This document shows, piece after piece, positions 38,476-49,062 of a stretch of DNA of 64,000 nt. The position numbers and the translations under genes are program-made. The number at the start of each line of letters is the position of its first letter. Positions within the stretch are counted from its first letter, which is position 1. The stretch lies in IMG/VR virus record IMGVR_UViG_3300021400_000103. One strand, written 5' to 3'. The notes beneath the pieces were generated by a model. That model did no database searches and was not told the origin of the DNA. It worked only from the letters and a program-made list of their open reading frames with translations. This DNA comes from a virus. Taxonomy: Duplodnaviria; Caudoviricetes.

Positions 38476-39733
38476 ATAAGTTATGCGCTTCATAGGGAAA
38501 ACCTTATGTCGAAAGTTCTCTAATTGCGGGAAGTTCCTTAGAGCCAATATGCTACAACGTAGAAATGAAATAAGTTCAGGCGTGAACGCTTTAAAAAGTT
38601 ATTGGATTGGATAATCGACGCAACGAAGTTCCGAATAGGAATGTGTTCAACGAGTATATGGTCAAGTGACCTTAACGGGAACCACCTAAGTCTTTATTGA
38701 TATGGTGTTGATGTACTCTGACCATCTATCGAAAGGTAGAGAAAAATTATTTATATTAAAACAGGTAATAAAGACAGGACATGGGGTAGCTCCCCTTTCT
38801 TTGTGCTCCGAAAACAAAGATTACTGTCTTTTTTATATTGTTTATTTTTCGGAGGAATAAACTTATGAACAAATTTACAAAACAACAATTATTAGATATT
38901 CGTGAATCATATATTAATGGAGAATCTTCAGTTAAAATAGGAAAGAGATACGGTGTATCTCATAAACCGATATTAAAAGAATTACATAATATGGGGATAG
39001 AAGTAGATCAAAAAAGATTCGCTAGAAAATACAAAATAGAGGAATCTTTTTTTGATGAGATAAATACTCCTAATAAAGCTTATATTATGGGTTTGTTACA
39101 TTCTGATGGTTCAAATAATATGAATAAATCAACAATATCTATTTCTTTGCAAGAAGAAGATAAAGATATTTTGGAGCAAATAAGAACAGAAATAAAAAGT
39201 GAAAAACCTTTGGAATTTTTAGATTATTCTAATAAACATGATTTTGGATATACATATAAAAATCAGTATAGATTAACTATGTTTAGTAAACACATGTGCA
39301 AGGAGTTAAATAATAAAGGTATTACGCCTAACAAAAGTCTAACAATAGGTTTTCCACATTGGCTAGATAAGGAATTATTATCGCATTATATACGCGGAGT
39401 TTATGATGGAGATGGAAGTATATATAGAGCATATAGAAACGATAATAATTTACCAATCACTGTTACTATTACTGCCACAGAATCTTTTTGCAAGGATTTA
39501 AAAGATATTTGCAACGAAGAATTAAACATATCAGCCGGAATATATGATGCTTCTTGTCATAATGGAATAACAAAAGTATTTACATTAAGCGGTAGGAATA
39601 TAGCAAAAAAATTTCTCGATTGGATATATCAAGATGCTGATTTATTTCTTCAACGTAAATATGAACGTTATTGTAAATATTATAATATAAATAATTCTTT
39701 ATCAGCTTAACGAACTGATAAAGTAACACAATG
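38476..39733 (+). mobile_element. group I intron
   Basis: P1 CGT/GCG with U.G; P10 AGTTAT/ATAACT; CAACGAGTA/TGTACTCT P7; terminal G39733; restores SQNSYNYGEW frame into ORF 39835. Confidence 0.85.
38865..39710 (+). CDS. LAGLIDADG homing endonuclease (intron-encoded)
   Basis: KAYIMGLLHSDGS and HYIRGVYDGDGS motifs. Confidence 0.9.
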   Translation: MNKFTKQQLLDIRESYINGESSVKIGKRYGVSHKPILKELHNMGIEVDQKRFARKYKIEESFFDEINTPNKAYIMGLLHSDGSNNMNKSTISISLQEEDKDILEQIRTEIKSEKPLEFLDYSNKHDFGYTYKNQYRLTMFSKHMCKELNNKGITPNKSLTIGFPHWLDKELLSHYIRGVYDGDGSIYRAYRNDNNLPITVTITATESFCKDLKDICNEELNISAGIYDASCHNGITKVFTLSGRNIAKKFLDWIYQDADLFLQRKYERYCKYYNINNSLSA

Positions 39734-40380
39734 ATAACTATGGGGAGTGGCAGGAATATAAAGTATCGTTTCAAGAAAACCAAACTAAGTTTGTTGTACC
39801 ATACAATAAGGAAACCGCTACTTTATTCCACAATATGAGAATGATTGTGTCTCCACAAATTGAGATTCCAATTTGCTGGCGCATTACAAAAGTGGAAGGC
39901 ATTAATCCTTTTGGATTAATGAATATAACTTTATATCAAGATGAATTTAATCAACATACGGATGTTATTGAGAAAGATGAAAACGGCAATTGGATTGCCG
40001 CATGGGCAGACCTTCTTGCCGAAGACAATCTCCCATCTCAACTTACTCCTACTCCATCACCAGAGGAATACGGAACATATGCAACAATATCTTATGCTGG
40101 TGCAAAACCGCAGATCAAAGTTAATGGTAGTTATAAGGCAGTAACTATTACCTATCTCAACTCTAATGAAGTATTAAAAGATCAAACTCCTGGTGAATGG
40201 TCGTACTGGATAGACGACATAGATGCTTCGGATTTGGTTAAAGTTCTCTCTCAAGAATCATCGAATACCATTAAGGTAAAGTTTATTGGAGATGAGGAAT
40301 ATTTGGGTAAAGTACTGACCGTAAGAAATACAAAAGATAATATAGTTGCTGAGTTGCAACTTGAAATTATAAGTTTATAA
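39734..40380 (+). CDS. head-tail joining/closure protein, exon 2
   Basis: Open frame from the 3' splice site through ORF 39835-40380. Confidence 0.8.
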
Positions 40381-40391
40381 GGAGGTGTAAG

Positions 40392-40961
40392 ATGGCAAAA
40401 AGGAAACGCAACTTAACACCTGAAGACAAACAGTACCTTATAAGCTTAAAGAAAAAACCAAACGAAGATGATATACGTTACAAAGAAATAATTAAACAAA
40501 AGTTATTAGAAGATGATATTCTTATATGGCTTTTAAATAATAAAGAGTTAGAAGATGCTGACGCGGGAAATGACGAATACTTCGGTATTAATATTCGACC
40601 GCAATTTTTATTGCCTGAAACACAGACAAATGTTCAAAACTATCTTTGTTTTGAAGTATCATTTGATTCAGAGGCTCGTTATAACCCTGATATCAAATAT
40701 CAGCAAATCATATTCTATATTCTTTGTCATCAAGCAACATCTATCGTTCAAGAGATTGGTGCTGCGAGGCACGATCTTATTGCCGGTATTCTTATTGATA
40801 AATTCAATGGCTCAAATCTTTTTGGTAATCAATTAAAGCTGGTGTCTGATAAACCTAGTGTTACTGATACTGCTTATTCAACAAGGACGTTAATTTTCGA
40901 ACAAAAGGCAACAAACTCACTAACCAAGAAAGACGGGACTGCGTTTAATTTAAGACGATAA
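40392..40961 (+). CDS. tail terminator-like protein
   Basis: Synteny; RHDLIA motif. Confidence 0.55.
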   Translation: MAKRKRNLTPEDKQYLISLKKKPNEDDIRYKEIIKQKLLEDDILIWLLNNKELEDADAGNDEYFGINIRPQFLLPETQTNVQNYLCFEVSFDSEARYNPDIKYQQIIFYILCHQATSIVQEIGAARHDLIAGILIDKFNGSNLFGNQLKLVSDKPSVTDTAYSTRTLIFEQKATNSLTKKDGTAFNLRR

Positions 40962-40964
40962 TAT

Positions 40965-41816
40965 ATGGAAGTAGATCGTCTTAAGTTACTGAGAGGTAGA
41001 CCCATTAAGATTAGTGATTTGTTGACAATATATCAACCGACACTCGGCCAGATTGAAGAAGTCGGGGAACAAAAGTTTTTTAATACTGTTTGGTTGATGT
41101 GTTCGTGTGCTTGGGATATGCCGAGTACATTTGCCGATGCCGGAATTGATTTTATGTCTGTTCCAGATTGGCAATTCTTTATTCAAACTATATATAGTTT
41201 TGATATTGAAGATACAAGACTTATATTTGGTGATTTGGATTTTAAAAAATTAACGCCGATGAATTATCAAAAAAATGATGACGATACTGAACCTCAGATC
41301 GTACTCGTTAATGCAGAGCCTATGATTGTTAATAATAAAGAATATCAGCCAGCACAATATATTTTCACGGAAGAATTGTATCATCAGATGATACCATACG
41401 TTCGTGAGATGATAGGGTTTTCTCATAAAGGAAGAAAAGCCGCAAATAAAGCAACTGCAAAAATACTCATCATGGATGATCGTAGAAACAGAGAAAGACA
41501 TAAGAATGACCAATATGAATCAATGTTTCATAATGGGATAATTACATTGGTCAATACAGAGGAGTTTCCATATACGTATGAAACCGTCTTTGAAATAACA
41601 ATGTATCAGTTTACAAAATCATTAATTCAGATACAAGGTAAGAAGAACGCTTGTGCGATGCTTCAAGGATCTATGTCCGGATTTGTTGATATGTCTAAAA
41701 TCCCGTCTAGTCGTTTCGATTGGACGTACAGTGATGAGAAATATAATAAGAATCATAGCAAAACGCTTAAAGATTCACTCTCGCCTAACGGTGGAAATTT
41801 AAATATAAAAAAATAA
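40965..41816 (+). CDS. tail-region hypothetical protein
   Basis: YQPTLGQI motif; synteny. Confidence 0.6.
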   Translation: MEVDRLKLLRGRPIKISDLLTIYQPTLGQIEEVGEQKFFNTVWLMCSCAWDMPSTFADAGIDFMSVPDWQFFIQTIYSFDIEDTRLIFGDLDFKKLTPMNYQKNDDDTEPQIVLVNAEPMIVNNKEYQPAQYIFTEELYHQMIPYVREMIGFSHKGRKAANKATAKILIMDDRRNRERHKNDQYESMFHNGIITLVNTEEFPYTYETVFEITMYQFTKSLIQIQGKKNACAMLQGSMSGFVDMSKIPSSRFDWTYSDEKYNKNHSKTLKDSLSPNGGNLNIKK

Positions 41817-41831
41817 TAAAGGAGAACGACT

Positions 41832-42573
41832 ATGATTACAAGTTTTGATAATCTTGTTATTGATCGAGTTGTAGACGGTTGGTTTGAGTCTAAGTCTACC
41901 GGCGACCTGCTTGCTGTTCTTGATCAGATTTCTAACTTTTCTATCAATACAACTTCTGAGACTAAGGATAAGACAGACGCTCAGGGCGCTCTGCTTAAGA
42001 GATATTTTACTTCCAAGTCAGTAGAGGTTTCTGGTGAGAATGCAACATTCTCTATGAACCTGTTTGCACTTCAGAATGGTGTATCTAAGGTAACAGGAAC
42101 CGATGTTGTCATCCCGAGAATTTATCTCGCAGAGAAAGGTACTGGAACCATCACTCTTCCCGAGGAGCCTATTGAGGGTACATTTAAGCTTTACGGAACA
42201 ACTCCGAATGGCAATGCTGATCTTGAGAAGAAGTATTCTCCGGCTGAGGGAGATGATCCGGAACCGGGCGCTGGTACATATGTCCTTAATGGAACAACTC
42301 TTCAGCTTCCTACCGACGTAACTGATTCTGTACAGATTAAGTATGAGCGTAATGTAGGCGCAGCAGATGTAGCTGCAAGAGTTAACGTACAGGGTGACAA
42401 GTTCCCGAAGGAGTGCAAGGCTACATTCCGTGTACTTTGCTCCGATCTTTGCGAGTCTGAGGAAGTACTTGCACTTTACATCGTATTTGAGAAGTTCCAG
42501 ATGAGTCCTGATTTTGATTGGACTGTAGACACAGAGTCAACTCAGAACTTCTCTGCTACGGCATTCAAGGATT
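41832..42573 (+). CDS. major tail protein, exon 1
   Basis: Capsid-like codon bias, position; ends AFKD at the intron. Confidence 0.75.
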
Positions 42574-42966
42574 TTCAAAAAGCAGAATACAATCGAGCTG
42601 CATAAGATCCCGTATTCAGTAATGAGTATGAAAAAAAATAACACATTGAATTGCTGGAAAACCGTAAAGCCAAATAAACCACAACGCAATATCTTAAATG
42701 GTATAATCGTGATGGTGACGAAAGTAGAAAAAATTATTTGGATGATATATGGTTAAACCCTAAGTATCGTAAGAATTGGCAATCAGCAACCAAGCCCGAA
42801 AGGGAAGGTTCAACGACTATCCTTATATAGGAGTAGATAACAAGCGATTGGTTATCGAAGTGGTGTGCGCCCGGTTTATGGGTGATGATATAGTCTAGTC
42901 TCTTGATGAAAGTCAGAGGTGTATATACACGAAATAGTGTAGCGAACTATTTTAAATATTATAACG
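42574..42966 (+). mobile_element. group I intron without ORF
   Basis: P1 GGATT/GATCC with U.G; P10 ACAAT/ATTGT; AATTGCTGGAAA, AATCAGCAAC, CAACGACTA, ATATAGTCT core; terminal G42966. Confidence 0.9.
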
Positions 42967-43049
42967 ATTGTGCAAAGAATCAGGTTCTGTATTACATCGC
43001 AGTTGCAGATGATACGGATGATTATGACACAAAGCAGTTTGTTGGCTAA
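42967..43049 (+). CDS. major tail protein, exon 2
   Basis: (Y)CAKNQVLYYIAVADDTDDYDTKQFVG*. Confidence 0.8.
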
Positions 43050-43184
43050 TTTAGAACAAACTGTGAAATTATAGTTATCATACCTGATTTTTAAATTGTA
43101 TTACTGTATAATATGAGCAAGAGGGGCATACGCCCCTCTTGTCTTATAGTATAGCCAAAATATTCTAGTATAGGAGAGTTAAAA

Positions 43185-43655
43185 ATGGCTAAAGAGCGAA
43201 ATTGCATTTTTTGTGGGAAGTCATACGTATACTGCCCAAACTGTAAAGAATATAGTTTAAATCCAAAATGGATGTTTAATTTTGACAGCGAGAAATGTCA
43301 TGACTTATATGATGCGATTTCTGGATATAATATAGGTGTAAAAACAAAGGAAGATATAAAGCTTGTATTGGATAAATACGGCATTACGGATTATTCGGAA
43401 TTCTCTGAGAAACTCCAGAGAAAACTGAACGGTATGTTCGGAGGAGATGTGAGTAATATAAACGTTTCCAAGCATACAGTTGAAGAGCCAATTGTATCAG
43501 ACGAAGTCAATGAAGATGTCGTTGTTGATGTAACTGCAGAACCTGAAATTATATCCGTCGTAGAAGAACCGACTGTTGATGAACCGGTTATTCCACAAAG
43601 AAGTCGCAGAATGCGAAGAAAAAACTATGGGAAGACAGCCAATACTGAAGAGTAG
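43185..43655 (+). CDS. Zn-finger protein
   Basis: CIFCGKSYVYCPNC. Confidence 0.75.
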   Translation: MAKERNCIFCGKSYVYCPNCKEYSLNPKWMFNFDSEKCHDLYDAISGYNIGVKTKEDIKLVLDKYGITDYSEFSEKLQRKLNGMFGGDVSNINVSKHTVEEPIVSDEVNEDVVVDVTAEPEIISVVEEPTVDEPVIPQRSRRMRRKNYGKTANTEE

Positions 43656-43689
43656 TATTGGCTCTTCTTTTTACTTGTAGGAGGGATTA

Positions 43690-43863
43690 ATGATAATTAA
43701 ACCAAATTTTTACACACATGATTATGATCCAAAGAAAGTAATCAAGGTTGTAAATCAATCCAAACAAAAACTATATATATCATTTGGGTTATATCCATGT
43801 GATATATATGTAAATCTTGATGGTCAATTAGTAATGTTGTTTGAAAAATCAACATTATCATAA
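43690..43863 (+). CDS. small protein, paralog-like to the next ORF (not in ORF track)
   Basis: VVNQSKQKLYISFGLYPCDIY...LVMLFEK resembles 43887-44090. Confidence 0.6.
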   Translation: MIIKPNFYTHDYDPKKVIKVVNQSKQKLYISFGLYPCDIYVNLDGQLVMLFEKSTLS

Positions 43864-43886
43864 TTACAGTGATTGAGGTGAGCTAA

Positions 43887-44090
43887 ATGGAAAAAAGAAT
43901 TATTAATCTAGATAAATATATATGTATTCTCAATCCAAAACAAGCAGCCTTCTATTGGGGCGAAAAAGGAATTGAGCCTAAAGACATATATCCGAGTGTT
44001 GATAATAGAAATGAACAACCGATTATAGTGTTTGTTTTTAATCGAATAGATACCCAGGAAGCATATAAAGAATGGGTCGAGAGAAGGTAG
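43887..44090 (+). CDS. small hypothetical protein
   Basis: GAGGTG RBS. Confidence 0.7.
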   Translation: MEKRIINLDKYICILNPKQAAFYWGEKGIEPKDIYPSVDNRNEQPIIVFVFNRIDTQEAYKEWVERR

Positions 44091-44098
44091 GTGGACAA

Positions 44099-45214
44099 AT
44101 GAAACCAATATACTTGGACAATGCTGCATCTACGCCAGTACGTCCACGCGTATTGGCAAAATTTGTAGAAATTGCCGATAGTTTGTATGGCAATCCAAGC
44201 TCGAAACATATAGAAGGGCTAGATGCTTATGAAGAAGTTTCGCACACAAAAGATAAGATTTCGGAGTTTCTATCGTGTGCAAGTGATGAGATATATTTTA
44301 CATCTGGCGCAACAATGTCTAACAACATTTTGATTCAAGGCATGTTTCGTAAGCATCCAGAAACAATGTTAATCATATCCAATGTTGAGCATAACGACAT
44401 TATGGAGTTATATAATTGGTTACCATATACAAAGCGCATAGTGCCAGTAAATAAAAGCGGAATAATTGATTTAGCAATATTAGATGATCTAATAAATGAA
44501 TGTAAGGAAACAGGTAGATATAGCCTTGTCAGTGTTCAGTTAGCTAATTCGGAGACAGGGATTATACAACCTGTTAGGGAAATCTCTGAAATAGTACACA
44601 AACATGACAAGGCTTTTTTTCATTCAGACGCGACGCAGTATATACCATATTATCCTGTTAATACGGATGAAATGGGCATCGATGCTTTATCAATGTCTGG
44701 TCAAAAGATCAATGGGCTAAAAGGAAGTGGAATACTTGCTCTACGACGAGGTATGCAAGAACATGTCGCTCCAATTATATTTGGTGAACAAGGATTAATT
44801 GGCGGTACTCCTGCCACTCCACTTATTTCAAGTCTTGGAGAAGCATTTGAATTATTGAATTATAACAATATTGAACTCAAACATAAAAGAGACATTTTAT
44901 TACGGCATCTTGAAGATCTCGGAGGTGTCTTAGTGGGTACTATAGAAAACCGTTTACCAAACAATATCTATATCCGGTTTCCTGGGGTTGGCGGTATGAC
45001 ATTGTTAAATCTTTTGAATGACTATGGTATCTATATCGGTACAGGATCTGCATGTTCTACCGATTCTGATAAACCAAGTCATGTAGCAATGGCGTATGGA
45101 TTGAGTCCGGAAGAAGCTCTGGAATGTGTAAGATTTACCCTGAGTAACGAAAACACCTATGAAGAGATCGAGTATGTAGTAAAGGTAATAAAAGCAATAT
45201 TATGTTTATTCTAA
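44099..45214 (+). CDS. iscS: cysteine desulfurase (IscS/NifS family)
   Basis: IYLDNAASTP, FTSGAT, HSDATQ, SGQK (PLP lysine), GSACS catalytic Cys. Confidence 0.9.
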   Translation: MKPIYLDNAASTPVRPRVLAKFVEIADSLYGNPSSKHIEGLDAYEEVSHTKDKISEFLSCASDEIYFTSGATMSNNILIQGMFRKHPETMLIISNVEHNDIMELYNWLPYTKRIVPVNKSGIIDLAILDDLINECKETGRYSLVSVQLANSETGIIQPVREISEIVHKHDKAFFHSDATQYIPYYPVNTDEMGIDALSMSGQKINGLKGSGILALRRGMQEHVAPIIFGEQGLIGGTPATPLISSLGEAFELLNYNNIELKHKRDILLRHLEDLGGVLVGTIENRLPNNIYIRFPGVGGMTLLNLLNDYGIYIGTGSACSTDSDKPSHVAMAYGLSPEEALECVRFTLSNENTYEEIEYVVKVIKAILCLF

Positions 45215-46248
45215 GGAGGGATCTTGTGGATACAATTGCAAAACGAAGTGACGAGATTACAGATGAAATGTGGCAAAAAGTTAACAAGTTTAATCGGGAT
45301 CTCTCACAAGAATTTATGGACAGTAAAATTGAATTGTCAGAAAAATCAAAGATACAGTATGCGTCTGGATTACGGATTTTTTTCTGGTGGGTTCATGAGA
45401 ATTTAGAAAACAAAAAATGTATAGATATAAAGAAAAAAGAGTTTGTTAAATATCTAAATTGGTTGACCAATCGAGGATTGTCTGACTCTGCCATTAAATT
45501 AAAAAAATCCGTAATCAGTTCATTGTGTAGTTATATATCTGAATTCTATGAAGATGAGTACCCAACATTTAGACCATTTGTAACATCGAGTATGAAAGTT
45601 ATACAAACGGGCTTTGTCCACGAAAAGCAGCCATTAACAACAAAAGAATACGAAGATTTGTGCAAAAAGCTTGAAGAGATGGAAAAATGGCAAATACTTG
45701 CATGGTTAAAATTTTCTTATTCAACTGGATGTCGGAGAGCGGAGTCTCGACAGCTATTAAAGGAAGTGGTTAACTACTCTCCTATTGTTAAAACTTTAAC
45801 CATAAAAGACAAAGATGGAAACGAAGTAGAAACTCAATCTATATCCTACAAAACACATAAGATTCGTTGCAAAGGGAGAAGTATGGCTGGAAAAATTCGT
45901 CAGTTACAGTTTAGCGAAGACGCCATGAAGGCGATAAAGAAATGGTTGGAGATCAGAGGTGACGACGATTGTCCTTATGTATTTGTTTCTAAACATAGCG
46001 ACGGATCTATACATCAGGTAAGTGAAACATGTTTCAATGATTGGTGTAGTGACTTATTGACAAAATTAGTTGGCAGGAGAATACATCCGCATTTGCTTAG
46101 AGAAAGCAGAGCAACCAATATAGTTGTCGAAGAGGGGAAATCCGTAGAAACAGCACAAAAGCTTCTCGGACACGAAAGTTCTGAAACAACAATTAAGCAT
46201 TATATTATTAGAGAAGATACAGATGATGCCGACGAGGCATTTGTTTAG
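45202..46248 (+). CDS. tyrosine recombinase
   Basis: STGCRRAE, HPHLLRES, LLGH, HY catalytic residues. Confidence 0.9.
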   Translation: MFILRRDLVDTIAKRSDEITDEMWQKVNKFNRDLSQEFMDSKIELSEKSKIQYASGLRIFFWWVHENLENKKCIDIKKKEFVKYLNWLTNRGLSDSAIKLKKSVISSLCSYISEFYEDEYPTFRPFVTSSMKVIQTGFVHEKQPLTTKEYEDLCKKLEEMEKWQILAWLKFSYSTGCRRAESRQLLKEVVNYSPIVKTLTIKDKDGNEVETQSISYKTHKIRCKGRSMAGKIRQLQFSEDAMKAIKKWLEIRGDDDCPYVFVSKHSDGSIHQVSETCFNDWCSDLLTKLVGRRIHPHLLRESRATNIVVEEGKSVETAQKLLGHESSETTIKHYIIREDTDDADEAFV

Positions 46249-46262
46249 AAAGGAGATAGAAT

Positions 46263-46532
46263 ATGGATTTAGCAGAGATTATTCAAAAGTTTAGTTCTCC
46301 GATAATCGTACTAATCTGTTTAACAATTGGTTATGTGGTAAAGAAATTATCCTTTGTGCCGGATAAGTTTATACCGTTAATTATGTTTGTTTTGGGCAGC
46401 ATATTCGGATTTATTACGAATGGGTGGAGTTTTAATTCCTTTGTCCTCGGAGCTGTATCCGGCGTAGCGTCAACCGGATTACACCAGTTATTTAAGCAGT
46501 TAATCGAGAAGGATTCAGATGACCCTCGGTAA
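46263..46532 (+). CDS. holin
   Basis: Three hydrophobic segments; DKFIP; SGVASTGLHQ. Confidence 0.85.
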   Translation: MDLAEIIQKFSSPIIVLICLTIGYVVKKLSFVPDKFIPLIMFVLGSIFGFITNGWSFNSFVLGAVSGVASTGLHQLFKQLIEKDSDDPR

Positions 46533-46995
46533 TATTTGGGATGTAATAACCCATAACCCCGGATGGATAACAGTAATCATAGTATTACTCTTCTCTCTCG
46601 TTGAAGTATCTAAAATTAAACTTAATCCTTGGTCGGCAATAGGAAGAACAATCGGTAAGTTTTTAGGGGTTAAGGAAGTAAGGGATAAAATAGACGCAGT
46701 TGAGAAAAAGGTAGACAATTTAGAAAATAAGGTAAATGAAGTCGAGAATACAGTTGAGGAAGGCGAGGCAATTGATGCTAGGGCGAGGATTTTGCGATTT
46801 TCAAGAGAAATCCAAGACGGAATATTCCACGACAAAGGAATGTGGGATCATATAATGGCTGATATCGTTAAGTATGACCATTATGTAGATACCCACGAGG
46901 ACTTCAAAAATGGTATTACAGAGCCAACTGCTGAGTACCTACAGGAACAATATAAGGAGAGGTTGAGAAAGAGAGATTGGGACAAAAGATCATAG
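46519..46995 (+). CDS. membrane/coiled-coil protein (lysis-region)
   Basis: N-terminal TM; KIKLNPWS; RARILRF. Confidence 0.7.
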   Translation: MTLGNIWDVITHNPGWITVIIVLLFSLVEVSKIKLNPWSAIGRTIGKFLGVKEVRDKIDAVEKKVDNLENKVNEVENTVEEGEAIDARARILRFSREIQDGIFHDKGMWDHIMADIVKYDHYVDTHEDFKNGITEPTAEYLQEQYKERLRKRDWDKRS

Positions 46996-47471
46996 GTAAA
47001 CTACTCTCCTTCGACTGCTCAACGACATGTACTGGGTTAGCCTATTGGGAAAAAGGGAAATATAAAGAATCATATATTATTGACTGCCGTAAAATGAAAG
47101 ACTCGGAAGAACGCTGTCAATATATGAGTGAGATGATATGGAAGGCTTTAGATTACTATAAGCCTTCCATTGTTGTTATGGAAGATACTTACTACAAGCG
47201 CAATCCTGACGGATATAAAAAACTTAATCGTTTACAAGGAATTATATGGGGATGGTGTATAGGGCACAATAAGGAATTTAATATATTGATGCCCAGCGCA
47301 TGGCGTAAGTATATTCCTGAATGTCCCAATGGTAGGAGCGCGAAGAGAGATGAACAAAAAGCATTTGCTATAAATTATGTATCAAAACAATATAAAGTAA
47401 AGGCGAAAACCGATGATGAGGCAGAAGCAATTCTAATCGGAGAGGCTTTACTTCGGAAACAAACGGGGTAA
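46977..47471 (+). CDS. RuvC-like Holliday junction resolvase
   Basis: SFDCSTTCTG, VVMED, PSAWRK, DDEAEAILIG. Confidence 0.85.
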   Translation: MGQKIIGKLLSFDCSTTCTGLAYWEKGKYKESYIIDCRKMKDSEERCQYMSEMIWKALDYYKPSIVVMEDTYYKRNPDGYKKLNRLQGIIWGWCIGHNKEFNILMPSAWRKYIPECPNGRSAKRDEQKAFAINYVSKQYKVKAKTDDEAEAILIGEALLRKQTG

Positions 47472-47495
47472 ATAGAACGCTGAAGAGGTTGGACT

Positions 47496-47690
47496 ATGTA
47501 CTCATATGAAATGAAAGATTTTTTAGAACAACGAAATTATCGACTAACACCACAGGAATGTTTATCAATTATAAATCCGTATGCAAATACGCAGATTAGT
47601 AGCATCAAGCATTACTCTTCTGATAATCAATATATGGTTGATACGGACGACGGATATCATTTTAGATTCTGGGTGGAAAAATATAATTAA
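47496..47690 (+). CDS. hypothetical protein
   Basis: ORF with RBS. Confidence 0.7.
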   Translation: MYSYEMKDFLEQRNYRLTPQECLSIINPYANTQISSIKHYSSDNQYMVDTDDGYHFRFWVEKYN

Positions 47691-47708
47691 TGATAAAAAG
47701 GAGAATAA

Positions 47709-48131
47709 GTGATTATGAAAATCGAAAAATTATTAGATTACAACAACAGCATTAAAGCCATTATAGACAATGCAAAAGATGTTAATGCGCTGGTGAAGTT
47801 TAGACTACTCAGTATGTGCAAGCAAATCGAACCAATCGAAGAGATTGTCGAGAAGGTTAGAATTGAAAAGTTAAAACAGTATGGGTCTACGACAGCAGAT
47901 GGTAGCATAGGAATCTTTGAACCTGTTAAAGAGGATTATGAGAATGATGCAGATTATAATGATGCAATCAAGAAATATGAAAAAGATGTGTCGAGTTTTC
48001 AAAAAGATATGAATGAGTTATTAAGCTCGGAAGCAGACATTGAAATAAAGAAATTTAAGCCATCAGATATTTTCGACGCTGGTCTTCCGGCTGATTATTT
48101 GCTAGTAATTTATGATTTAATTGAAGAGTGA
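47709..48131 (+). CDS. hypothetical protein
   Basis: ORF with RBS. Confidence 0.7.
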   Translation: MIMKIEKLLDYNNSIKAIIDNAKDVNALVKFRLLSMCKQIEPIEEIVEKVRIEKLKQYGSTTADGSIGIFEPVKEDYENDADYNDAIKKYEKDVSSFQKDMNELLSSEADIEIKKFKPSDIFDAGLPADYLLVIYDLIEE

Positions 48132-48144
48132 TTTGGAGGGACAT

Positions 48145-48657
48145 ATGAATAAAATATCAGTAGAAATGTTTTGTAAAACATTTAAGGTACAAGCAAAGGG
48201 TGCAGAGAAAACATTTAAAGATTTTTTGAATAAACATATAGTAACAGATTATGTTGACATTTTAAAAAAAAGTGTAATTTGCCAGGGAATTGTTAAGGCA
48301 ACATGTTATGCAAAAGATGGAAACAGAGAATTTGTAAAGTTCAATCGAGTAGGGCAATACATATTTTTCATTATGAAACTGATCGAACTATATACGGATA
48401 TCGAAATCGACGGAAATAGGCTTTCCGATCAGTATGATGAGTTAAATAAGGTTGGCGCTATTGATGCTCTTATCTCTGCTATTCCAGAGTCGGAATATAA
48501 GGAATTTTATACCATCTTAAATATGTGTATAGATGATATGAGGGATAATGAATATAGTATTACCGCTCTACTCTACAACCTTAAACAGAGTTTTTCATTA
48601 TCTGAGGAAGTTATTTCTTCCGTACTTAAACAATTAGAAGAAACTAAAAGCGAATAA
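48145..48657 (+). CDS. hypothetical protein (possible tail chaperone)
   Basis: GGAGG RBS before MNKIS. Confidence 0.65.
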   Translation: MNKISVEMFCKTFKVQAKGAEKTFKDFLNKHIVTDYVDILKKSVICQGIVKATCYAKDGNREFVKFNRVGQYIFFIMKLIELYTDIEIDGNRLSDQYDELNKVGAIDALISAIPESEYKEFYTILNMCIDDMRDNEYSITALLYNLKQSFSLSEEVISSVLKQLEETKSE

Positions 48658-48678
48658 AATCAACGGAGGGCTATTGGC

Positions 48679-49062
48679 ATGGCTTATAAATACTACAATC
48701 CAAATAATAGAACAAAAGACGATCGTGGGGATTGCGTGATACGAGCAATCTCAAAAATAATGAATCAATCATGGGATAAAACATATCTTGAGTTATGTGT
48801 GCAAGGTTATCTTATGGGAGATTGGGGAAATAGTAATCGAGTTTGGGATTCTTATTTAAAGGGTTGTGGTTTTATACGGAGAGTCATTCCTGATATGTGT
48901 CCAGATTGTTATACCGTAGAAGATTTTTGCCATGATAATCCTTATGGTAGCTATATTCTGGCAACAGGCTCACACGTTATTGCAGTTATAAATGGTAGTT
49001 ATTATGATGCATGGGACTCCGGTGACGAAGTCCCTATATATTTTTATGAACGGAGGTCATGA
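48679..49062 (+). CDS. putative Cys-His peptidase-like protein
   Basis: YNPN..GDCVIRAIS ... GSHVIAV ... YDAWDS. Confidence 0.6.
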   Translation: MAYKYYNPNNRTKDDRGDCVIRAISKIMNQSWDKTYLELCVQGYLMGDWGNSNRVWDSYLKGCGFIRRVIPDMCPDCYTVEDFCHDNPYGSYILATGSHVIAVINGSYYDAWDSGDEVPIYFYERRS

